This document shows positions 53,675 through 64,000 of a stretch of DNA of 64,000 bases, in pieces. The notes beneath the pieces are model-generated. The model searched no databases and had not been told where the DNA came from. It saw only the letters and a program-made list of their open reading frames with translations. Position numbers and translations under genes: made by a program. Each line of letters begins with the position of its first letter. The stretch's first letter is position 1. Location of the stretch: positions 32,001 through 96,000 of the forward strand of contig OY970368.1 of the NCBI GenBank assembly GCA_963718615.1, in the 5' to 3' direction. This DNA comes from an uncultured cyanobacterium. Lineage in GTDB: Bacteria > Cyanobacteriota > Cyanobacteriia > PCC-9006 > JAAUQQ01.

Positions 53675-54967
53675 CTAAGGAGCAAGGAAAATCATCCGTT
53701 GCATCCAGAGCGATCGCACCGCTGTCAAGCCCAATTTTGGGCCATCCGCATTTGACGCAGCCGTCGTTTGGGATTGGAGCAGAGCGCCGATGGACGTTTC
53801 CGGAGCGGCGTTGTCGATCGCCTCCAACAGTTCAAACTCGGATTCCGACAACTGGGCTGGGCGATAGTCCTGGTTGAGCAAACTAGGGCTGGGCCAACCA
53901 TGCATGCAGGGATTGCGCCGAGCCTTGGCCTGGAGGAGTTCGTCGTCGTTCTGCCAGGTCGAGCGCTGGAGGGGTGATTTCGCCAGGAAAAATTCGTAGT
54001 GGGGCACGTTCGGATCGAGCAGTTCGATCAGGCGATAGCGTTCTCGCTCGGGCAGGGTTTGTGCCCGCTCCATCAGCGCCGGAGCCACACCAATCAGCCG
54101 TTCCAGGGACCAAAAATCTGGATTGGAAAAACCGACGAATTCTAAGCCCGAGGCATCAATGAGGTCAAAGAGCGTCTTGACATTGTAGTCAATTTCCTGG
54201 GGATGGACATACATATCGGCGAAGCATTCGTCCCGCTGATTTTCCATGGCCCAGCGTTCTTTCTCATATTTCACCAGGCGGTTATTGTCTGGCAGCGTCG
54301 CGAAAAGCTGGCGGCCAATCTGGACCCCATCGGTGTAGTCGCCCCGCTGGTCGCCTTGGAGGAGGGCGATCGCCTGCTGCATCAGTTGAATCTCCCAACG
54401 GCCCAACTCTCCGTAGACAAAAATATGGAGAAGGCCACCGGGAGCTAACTTGTGAGCCAAGGCCTGCATACCTCGCACCGGGTCCGGCAGGTGGTGCAGC
54501 ACCCCCACACAATTAATCAGATCAAATTCACCGGGAATCTGATCGAGGTCATAGAGGCTGAGGGTATGGAAATGGACGCGATCGCCCCCAGATCGCTGCA
54601 ATCGTTCGGTGGCCACGGCGATCGCCCCCGGACTCAAATCCACCGCCACCACTTCAGCTTCAGGATTGAGATGAACCAAATAATCAGTACCCACCCCCGT
54701 CCCACAGCCCGCGTCGAGAATGCGCACCGAATGGCGATCGGGCGATCGCCCCGCACAGAAGCTATAGGCCGCAGGCCAGTACCAGCGCCAGTTGTAGCCC
54801 GGCGGCGGCTCATCCAGCAGCGGATCAGGCGGGAAAGGATAGGCATTGTAAAGTTTCTCAACAGCCGCACTCACCGCAGCCGGACCTTGGGCCGCCGGAA
54901 TTGTGGGTGCCGGTGAACGATTGACTTCCGTAGACGAATCAGAAAACCCAGACGGAGAGGGGACCAT
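53675..54967 (-). CDS. Class I SAM-dependent methyltransferase
   Basis: YPFPP, ILDAGCGTG, CVGVLHHL, FADMYVHPQE. Confidence 0.88.
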   Translation of the reverse strand: MVPSPSGFSDSSTEVNRSPAPTIPAAQGPAAVSAAVEKLYNAYPFPPDPLLDEPPPGYNWRWYWPAAYSFCAGRSPDRHSVRILDAGCGTGVGTDYLVHLNPEAEVVAVDLSPGAIAVATERLQRSGGDRVHFHTLSLYDLDQIPGEFDLINCVGVLHHLPDPVRGMQALAHKLAPGGLLHIFVYGELGRWEIQLMQQAIALLQGDQRGDYTDGVQIGRQLFATLPDNNRLVKYEKERWAMENQRDECFADMYVHPQEIDYNVKTLFDLIDASGLEFVGFSNPDFWSLERLIGVAPALMERAQTLPERERYRLIELLDPNVPHYEFFLAKSPLQRSTWQNDDELLQAKARRNPCMHGWPSPSLLNQDYRPAQLSESEFELLEAIDNAAPETSIGALLQSQTTAASNADGPKLGLTAVRSLWMQRMIFLAP

Positions 54968-55226
54968 GGCAAAAAATCCTGGACTTGCGATTGTTCAATA
55001 CATTTTTTAACAAAGGTCTTAGAGCATCCCGAAACGCTCTAATCTAAAGGCTGATACCTGGCTAACCCCAGGCAATCTCTTTCGTTGACAGACGGGTGAA
55101 TCAAGCTGATCTGCCCCAAGCCAACCAAAGGATTGCTCCGGTGCCTCAAGTTTTTCGAAGCTTCCTCATAATTCCATAGGAAGCCCTCGGAGGCCGCAAC
55201 AGGCATTTGGACAAGCATTTTGATGA

Positions 55227-57293
<2,067 letters not shown>

Positions 57294-57337
57294 GGACGAC
57301 CATCGTCTGTCTCCCTGGCGATCGCCCCTTCCTCAAC

Positions 57338-57379
57338 CATCCCCAAAACATCCCCAAAACATCCCCAAAACATCCCCCA
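57338..57379. repeat. Short tandem repeat CATCCCCAAAA x4
   Basis: Directly visible downstream of apcE. Confidence 0.85.
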
Positions 57380-57986
57380 GAACCAAACTCAGCAAGGTCA
57401 GGTGCTTCTGCCTTTCTGAGTAGACCTTCGGGGTTTGAATAGGGTGGGCTTCGTTGTCCGGTTGGGCTGGCTGGGCTCTCCATTGGGGGCGATCGACCAA
57501 CCCTCTTCCTTTAAATTTCACTGCTGTCCAGCGGTGAGCGTTCCGCGCTACCTTCACCCCAAAAGCCTAATAAAAAAGCCACTAACAAAAGGGTTTTATC
57601 GCCCATCGTTTTGCTTTTTCACAGAGATTCGAGCAAGAATGAGATGCGATATTACAAACTGTTACGCGGGTTCTAAAAGGGCAATCCAAATGAAGCACAA
57701 TAAAATCCCGAAGGTAGCTGGGTCTAGTCCCTTAAGGGCGAAAGCCTTTTTGAACGGCCCATTCGGGTTTGAGCTCTGGAAGGGGCAGCGACATTTAAGG
57801 GATTTTGTTTGCAATTTTTTGCATATATAGGTTTGAACCGTGTCTAAGTCTGGCTCAGAAGTCTGGTAAGGTCGAATTTGGCGCTGTCGTTGTTTGCCGA
57901 TAAGGTCCAACGAAAGCCTCATGCGATCGCTAGCGCTAAGCCCAGCCTAGACCCATTCTCATAAAACTGCTTGGAGGAATCCGTTA

Positions 57987-58472
57987 ATGAGTATCGTCTC
58001 AAAATCCATCGTGAATGCTGACGCTGAGGCTCGCTATCTCAGCCCTGGTGAGCTAGATCGGATTAAGTCTTTCGTAACCGACGGCGATCGTCGCCTGCGC
58101 ATCGCAGAAACCCTAACCGGCTCCCGTGAGCGCATCGTCAAGGAAGCTGGCACCCAGTTGTTCCAAAAGCGTCCTGATCTCGTTTCTCCCGGTGGCAACG
58201 CCTATGGTGAAGAAATGCTCGCGTCTTGCCTACGCGACATGGACTATTACCTGCGCTTGGTCACCTACGGCATCGTTTCTGGCGACGCCACCCCCATCGA
58301 AGAAATTGGTCTAGTCGGTGCACGGGAAATGTACAAATCCCTGGGTACCCCGATTGACGGCGTAATCGAAGCAGTCCGCGCGATGAAGGCAGTCAGCACC
58401 GGTCTTCTTTCGGGCGCTGATGCGGATGAAGCAGGTTCTTACTTTGACTACGTCATCGCTGGCATGTCGTAG
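57987..58472 (+). CDS. apcA: Allophycocyanin alpha subunit
   Basis: [34 protein letters not shown]. Confidence 0.97.
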   Translation: MSIVSKSIVNADAEARYLSPGELDRIKSFVTDGDRRLRIAETLTGSRERIVKEAGTQLFQKRPDLVSPGGNAYGEEMLASCLRDMDYYLRLVTYGIVSGDATPIEEIGLVGAREMYKSLGTPIDGVIEAVRAMKAVSTGLLSGADADEAGSYFDYVIAGMS

Positions 58473-58533
58473 GCCTAGATAATCATCTTTTCTTTAGTCC
58501 CTTCAACTTCGAAATTTTTTAAGGAACACAACG

Positions 58534-59019
58534 ATGCAAGACGCTATTACCTCCGTCATTAATGCTTCCGATGTTCAGGGTCAGTACCTGGACGCTAGCT
58601 CCATGGGCAAGCTGAAGGCTTACTTTCAGACCGGTGAGCTGCGCGTTCGTGCTGCAACCTCCATCAGCGCCAATGCTGCAACCATCGTCAAGGAAGCTGT
58701 AGCAAAGTCACTGCTGTACTCTGACATCACCCGCCCCGGTGGAAACATGTACACCACCCGTCGCTATGCTGCTTGCATCCGCGACCTCGATTACTACCTC
58801 CGCTACGCCACCTACGCCATGCTGGCTGGTGACACCTCGATCCTCGACGAGCGCGTCCTCAACGGTTTGAAAGAAACCTACAACTCCCTAGGCGTTCCCG
58901 TGGGTGCAACGGTTCAAACCATCCAAGCCATGAAAGAAGTCACCGCTAGCCTGGTGGGTCCTGACGCTGGCCGCGAAATGGGTGTGTATTTCGACTACAT
59001 CTGCTCTGGTTTGAACTAG
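58534..59019 (+). CDS. apcB: Allophycocyanin beta subunit
   Basis: [26 protein letters not shown]. Confidence 0.98.
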   Translation: MQDAITSVINASDVQGQYLDASSMGKLKAYFQTGELRVRAATSISANAATIVKEAVAKSLLYSDITRPGGNMYTTRRYAACIRDLDYYLRYATYAMLAGDTSILDERVLNGLKETYNSLGVPVGATVQTIQAMKEVTASLVGPDAGREMGVYFDYICSGLN

Positions 59020-59200
59020 GTCATAACCTGGGCTGGATCTTAAAGGGATAAAACCCTGGGATTTAGTGCTAGGCCCAGGCAGTGCGAACGCTAAGTTTTC
59101 ACGGCCTGGGCCTTTGGTTTAGGACAGTTTGGATTTGAACCGCTGGAGACCTACGGGTTTCCCATTCTGTTTTTAAGTTTTCATTGGGAGAACGGTTGCG

Positions 59201-59404
59201 ATGCGGATGTTTAAAATTACCGCCTGTGTGCCGAGCCCGGATAAGGTTCGCACCCAGCGTGAGCTGCAAAATACCTACTTCACCAAGCTTGTTGCCTACG
59301 ACAACTGGTTCAAAGAGCAACAACGGATCCAAAAGCTGGGTGGCAAGATTATTAAGGTTGAACTGGCAACGGGCAAAGCTGGAACCAATACCGGTATTGC
59401 CTAA
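59201..59404 (+). CDS. apcC: Phycobilisome core linker LC7.8
   Basis: MRMFKITACVPS...RELQNTYFTKLV. Confidence 0.96.
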   Translation: MRMFKITACVPSPDKVRTQRELQNTYFTKLVAYDNWFKEQQRIQKLGGKIIKVELATGKAGTNTGIA

Positions 59405-59677
59405 GCCTCAAGAAGGCTGCTGAATTTTTAGACACCGAGTGTTGGTTTGACATTCGGTGTCTTTTTAGCTTGTCGTCTTTTGGGTCGGTGTCTTTTGGGT
59501 CGGTGTCTTTTGGGTAAGGCAAGGGGGATGCTGCCCCCAGAAGAATTTTGAGGTCGTCCATCTTTCGTCAGGGTCAAAGGGTTCGCTACACTGGGCAGCA
59601 CGAAACAGACTGGATAGGGTCTTGTTCGTTCTGGTCCTGTTTATTGGTCTTGTTGACGTTGAGGACATACGCCCGCC

Positions 59678-60883
59678 GTGCAACTGCGCTATATTTTCCC
59701 CTGGTTTGATTCCTCTGCGGCCCAGTGGTCCATGGACGCCCGCGTTCTCCGCTGGATGACCCTGCTGTGGCTTTTGGTGGGACTGGTTGTCATGTGTTCT
59801 GCCTCCTATGCAACGGCGGTGTCGGACAATGGCGATGGATTCTACTATCTCAAACGCCAATTTGCCTGGGCTTGGTTAGGCCTGAGCCTCTTCAATTTGG
59901 TGATTCATACTCCCATTCGCTACATTCTGGGGATGGCGCACTGGTTTTTGCTAGTGTGTCTAGGGTTAATTTTTCTGACGCTTGTACCAGGATTGGGAAC
60001 CACGGTGAATGGTGCAACCCGGTGGCTGGTGCTCGGCCCGGTACCGATGCAGCCTTCGGAGCTCATCAAACCTTTTCTGGTCTTACAAGGCGCAAGGATT
60101 TTTAGTCAGTGGGACCGACTGCCGTGGAACGTTCGCTGGCGTTGGCTCGGGATTTTTGGTGTGGTGCTGGCAGCGATTCTACTGCAGCCGAACCTCAGTA
60201 CGGCTGCACTTTGCGGTATGTTGCTGTGGCTGATTGCGCTGTCGGCAGGGCTGCCCTACAAACATTTAGGGATTACGGTAGTGGCAGGGTTAACGCTGGC
60301 GACCATTAGCGTCAGTCGGAACGAGTACCAGCTCAAACGGATTTTGTCGTTTATGAATCCTTGGGCCGATGCCCAAGGCGATGGCTATCAGTTGGTCCAA
60401 AGTCTTTTGGCGATCGGCTCAGGAGGATGGACCGGAACGGGCTTTGGCATGTCGCAGCAAAAGCTGTTCTATCTACCGATTCAATACACGGATTTTATTT
60501 TTTCGGTTTTTGCTGAGGAATTTGGCTTGATTGGCTGCGTTGCCATTTTGTTAATGCTGGTGGCCTATGCCACGCTGGGGCTGCGCGTGGCGCTTAAGGC
60601 GAACCGGAATGTTCATCAACTGGTGGCGATCGGCGCGATTATTTTGCTGATTGGCCAGTCGATTTTGAATGTGGCGGTGGCGACGGGGTCGATGCCCACC
60701 ACGGGATTACCATTTCCATTATTTAGTTATGGCGGAAATTCAGTCTTGGCGAGCTTGATGGCAGCGGGGCTGTTGATTCGGGTGGCGCGGGAGAGTAGCG
60801 ATCGCAACGTCATTGATCCCAGCAAGCGCCCAGGCCGTAAGTTTGGCGATCCGCTCCGGCGTCAAGAGAAAGTTTTAAGATAG
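59678..60883 (+). CDS. ftsW: SEDS family peptidoglycan polymerase FtsW
   Basis: GATRW, QPSELIK, LQPNL, GYQLVQS, TDFIF, SYGG. Confidence 0.9.
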   Translation: MQLRYIFPWFDSSAAQWSMDARVLRWMTLLWLLVGLVVMCSASYATAVSDNGDGFYYLKRQFAWAWLGLSLFNLVIHTPIRYILGMAHWFLLVCLGLIFLTLVPGLGTTVNGATRWLVLGPVPMQPSELIKPFLVLQGARIFSQWDRLPWNVRWRWLGIFGVVLAAILLQPNLSTAALCGMLLWLIALSAGLPYKHLGITVVAGLTLATISVSRNEYQLKRILSFMNPWADAQGDGYQLVQSLLAIGSGGWTGTGFGMSQQKLFYLPIQYTDFIFSVFAEEFGLIGCVAILLMLVAYATLGLRVALKANRNVHQLVAIGAIILLIGQSILNVAVATGSMPTTGLPFPLFSYGGNSVLASLMAAGLLIRVARESSDRNVIDPSKRPGRKFGDPLRRQEKVLR

Positions 60884-60962
60884 ATTACCGGGATCTGGCT
60901 AACTGTCTGAAAACAACGCCCAGTCCCGGTGAAATTTCTCTCTGCAAGTCTCTCTGCAAGCG

Positions 60963-61703
60963 TTGCCAGTGCTGGAAACCTTTCAACTTGAGCTTTATCA
61001 CCTTGAAGACTGGGTCAACCACCAGGTTTTGGCCCAGTTAGATCATCTCTCCCCCTGGAGCATGGGCATCCTGCTGGGGGCGGGACTGCTAACCAGCTTG
61101 ACCCCCTGCATGCTGTCGATGCTGCCGATTACGCTGGGCTATATCGGGGGATATAGCGATGGCTCGCGATCGCGCGCAGTTTTCCAGTCTTTGTTTTTTG
61201 CTGCGGGCTTGGCTACGACGCTGACGCTCCTAGGCATTGGGGCGGCGTTGCTGGGCCGCGTCTATGGCCAAATTGGCCTAGGGTTGCCTCTGGTGGTGAG
61301 CGCGATCGCCATCCTCATGGGGCTCAATCTCCTCGAAGTTTTACCCCTGCGTCTCCCTGGTCTGGGGAATTTAGAAATTCCTGCGGGCTGGCCCATGGGC
61401 ATACGTTCCTACGCTCTAGGCGTCACCTTTGGCTTGATTGCCTCACCCTGTAGCACCCCGGTCTTAGCAACGCTGCTGGCCTGGATCGCCAGTGCGGGTC
61501 AGCCCCTGCTAGGAGGCGTGTTGTTGCTGTGTTATGCCCTGGGTTACGTGCTGCCCATTGTTTTAGCCGGTAGTTTCATCGGCAGTCTCAAGCGCCTGCT
61601 AACGCTGCGACAATGGTCCGGTTGGATTAATCCGGTGAGTGGCGTGTTGTTGATTGGTTTTGGCGTTTTTTCGCTGCTGACGCGGCTGGTTCCGGCGGTT
61701 TAA
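60963..61703 (+). CDS. ccdA: Cytochrome c biogenesis protein CcdA
   Basis: LTPCMLSMLP, ASPCSTPVL. Confidence 0.93.
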   Translation: MPVLETFQLELYHLEDWVNHQVLAQLDHLSPWSMGILLGAGLLTSLTPCMLSMLPITLGYIGGYSDGSRSRAVFQSLFFAAGLATTLTLLGIGAALLGRVYGQIGLGLPLVVSAIAILMGLNLLEVLPLRLPGLGNLEIPAGWPMGIRSYALGVTFGLIASPCSTPVLATLLAWIASAGQPLLGGVLLLCYALGYVLPIVLAGSFIGSLKRLLTLRQWSGWINPVSGVLLIGFGVFSLLTRLVPAV

Positions 61704-61727
61704 TCAGCGCTTTCATCACAGGTACCC

Positions 61728-63140
61728 ATGACTTCTAATCTTCCAACTCCTAATCCCCCCAACCAGAATCCCCCTATCCCTGGGATTACCCCCCCCAGCA
61801 AACCCTTCTCATTCAAGGTCCTCAAACGAGATGTTTTAGGACTCCTGTCCAATTTGAAGCTGGCGATCGCCCTCCTCCTCACCATCGCCAGCCTCAGCAT
61901 CCTCGGCACCGTGATCGAACAGGGCCAAGGTCTCGCTTTTTATCAAGCCAACTACCCAGAGAGCCCGGCGCTATTTGGCTTTTTGAGCTGGAAAGTGATT
62001 TTGACCATTGGTCTGGACCACGTCTATCGCACCCCTTGGTTTTATGCGCTGCTGATTCTCTTTGGCAGCAGCCTCACCGCCTGCACCTTCACCCACCAAA
62101 TTCCGGCCCTCCAAGTCGCCCAAAACTGGAAATATTACCGCAAACCGCGCCAGTTCCAAAAGCTAGCCCTCAGCACCGATTTGACGAGCGATGTCTTTGA
62201 ACAACTGCCAACGCTCCTGCAAAACCGTCGTTACCAGCTCTACCAAGAAGGAGATGTGCTCTATGCCCGTCGCGGCCTTTTGGGACGGATTGGTCCAATC
62301 ATCGTCCATGTCAGCATGCTGATCATCTTAGCTGGGGCCATCTGGGGCTCCCTTAGCGGTTTCTTTGCCCAGGAAATGATTCCCAGCGGTCAGGCGTTCA
62401 AGGTCACAAACCTGTTTGACCGAGGCCCCCTCGCCGAAGCCCAAATTCCCAAGGATTGGGGTGTTAAGGTCAATCGCTTTTGGATCGACTACAGCCCCGA
62501 TGGCCGCATTGATCAGTTTTACTCGGATCTGTCGGTGATTGACGACGAGGGCCACGAACTCGATCGCCAAACCATCCATGTCAACCAACCCCTGCGACAC
62601 AAGGGCGTGACATTCTATCAGGCGGATTGGGCGATCGCCGGCGTCAAAGTCCAACTCAACAACAGTCCCATTCTGCAATTTCCCATGGCGGAGCTCAACA
62701 CCGAGGGACAAGGCCGTCTTTGGGGAACCTGGGTCCCCCTCAAACCGGACCTAAGCGAAGGCGTTTCGCTGATCGCCAAGGATTTGCAGGGCACTGTCTT
62801 GATCTATGGCAACGATGGCAAACTCATCGGCACCGTGCGCCAGGGCATGGCTACAGAAATCCCCACGGGCAACCAACCGGGTGACAAACCCCTACGGCTC
62901 AGCCTCAAGGAAGTCGTCGGCAGCACGGGACTCCAGATCAAAGCCGATCCAGGAATTCCCCTGGTCTATCTGGGTTTTGGTCTGTTAATGGTCAGCACGC
63001 TGATGAGCTATCTCTCCCATTCCCAGGTGTGGGCGTTGCGGGAGGGCGATCGCTGCTACATCGGTGGACGCACCAACCGCGCCCAGGTCAGCTTTGAACG
63101 GGAACTGCTGGAAATCCTCGACCAAGCCAAACCATCCTAG
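61728..63140 (+). CDS. ccsB: Cytochrome c biogenesis protein Ccs1/CcsB
   Basis: [31 protein letters not shown]. Confidence 0.93.
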   Translation: MTSNLPTPNPPNQNPPIPGITPPSKPFSFKVLKRDVLGLLSNLKLAIALLLTIASLSILGTVIEQGQGLAFYQANYPESPALFGFLSWKVILTIGLDHVYRTPWFYALLILFGSSLTACTFTHQIPALQVAQNWKYYRKPRQFQKLALSTDLTSDVFEQLPTLLQNRRYQLYQEGDVLYARRGLLGRIGPIIVHVSMLIILAGAIWGSLSGFFAQEMIPSGQAFKVTNLFDRGPLAEAQIPKDWGVKVNRFWIDYSPDGRIDQFYSDLSVIDDEGHELDRQTIHVNQPLRHKGVTFYQADWAIAGVKVQLNNSPILQFPMAELNTEGQGRLWGTWVPLKPDLSEGVSLIAKDLQGTVLIYGNDGKLIGTVRQGMATEIPTGNQPGDKPLRLSLKEVVGSTGLQIKADPGIPLVYLGFGLLMVSTLMSYLSHSQVWALREGDRCYIGGRTNRAQVSFERELLEILDQAKPS

Positions 63141-63144
63141 GGGA

Positions 63145-63579
63145 TTATTTTTTGTGGGTGACGGTGATGATCGTGTGGACATTCCCACGCGGCGAAAAAT
63201 CCCCCTTCACGGTAATTTCCAGGGGATCGCAGGCTTCTACCAAATCATCCAGGATTTGGTTAATCACCTCCTCGTGGGAAATGTAGCGATCGCGAAAGCT
63301 ATTGATATAAAGCTTTAGCGCCTTAAGCTCCACCACCCGCTGGTCCGGTACATAGGTCAGGGCGATCGTCGCAAAATCCGGGTAACCCGAAAACGGACAT
63401 TTGCAGGTAAACTCGGGCAACGCAATCTCAATATCAAACCGTCTGCCGGGACGGGGATTGGGAAACGTAATCAGCTTGCCTTCTCGGATCTCGCGTTCGC
63501 CGTACTTGATTTCCGGCCCATTCGCAATCCCTGATTTAGACTCAATAACTTCCCGCGTAGAAACCGATGAAACTTCCAT
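63145..63579 (-). CDS. queF: PreQ1 synthase (NADPH-dependent 7-cyano-7-deazaguanine reductase)
   Basis: [32 protein letters not shown]. Confidence 0.95.
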   Translation of the reverse strand: MEVSSVSTREVIESKSGIANGPEIKYGEREIREGKLITFPNPRPGRRFDIEIALPEFTCKCPFSGYPDFATIALTYVPDQRVVELKALKLYINSFRDRYISHEEVINQILDDLVEACDPLEITVKGDFSPRGNVHTIITVTHKK

Positions 63580-63884
63580 GGAGTTGACTGTTAAGGTACC
63601 ACTGACATCTGGGTCAAATCGATCACCAGTTTATCGAAAAAAACGTCGACTGTAATAGTTCGAGATACGTAAATCTGTTGCCCTGAATTCTGTATCAATT
63701 TTTTCTTTTGTTCAATTCAGGCCCATTCAAACAGTCTCTAGAGGGCTTTGATCAGGGTCATTTTTCCTTGAATTGATAAAGGTTTCAGATTTTTTGAGGG
63801 AAAGGGTGTCAGATTGGAGAATTTGCATTATTCTTGGGCTGGAATTCGACCATCCTGCTCTTTTCCACTAAACGGCTGAGGCGA

Positions 63885-64000
63885 ATGAACTTTGATTTGA
63901 ATGCTAAGCGTAAGGCCAATCATGGCCAAGCGCCTTCGACTGCGGGATATGCTTCTACCCCTTCTGTTCCCATCTCGGTGTATCGAGAGCTGGCTGCGGA
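63885..64000 (+). CDS. 5' end of a conserved cyanobacterial hypothetical protein (partial)
   Basis: ATG 63885 after GAGG; reads MNFDLNAKRKANHGQAPSTAGYASTPSVPISVYRELAA and runs off the window. Confidence 0.6.
   Translation, partial: MNFDLNAKRKANHGQAPSTAGYASTPSVPISVYRELAA

Overview
Cyanobacterial chromosomal segment, identified by dense HIP1 (GCGATCGC) sites and phycobilisome, ATP synthase and Vipp1 genes. The first ~12 kb is an accessory, defence-like island. It begins with an IS3 nested in an ISAs1, which itself interrupts a gene with an EAD10-like N-terminus. Two convergent NACHT (NLR-like) genes follow, then a caspase-family protease whose C-terminal tail carries the same GKY-x-N/S-I...H/Q/E-IGD motif as the NACHT N-termini. 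The island ends with an orphan nucleotidyltransferase, a three-gene HNH operon and a methyltransferase split by a 420-bp non-autonomous IS200/IS605 (TnpB-derived) element. The rest of the window holds trpF, a site-2 protease, vapBC/Uma2, pspA-vipp1, a flavodiiron protein, an unusual repeat-rich RTX-like protein, an S8 protease, a purine/urate catabolic operon with a porin, a cNMP-AAA-FeS/cysK block, the atp operon, apcE (only two REP domains)-apcABC, ftsW, ccdA, ccs1 and queF. The best candidate for an undescribed system is the caspase plus NACHT locus linked by a shared amyloid-like homotypic motif, with apparently exchangeable AT-rich sensor domains. All family calls are from recognition of motifs, not from database searches.
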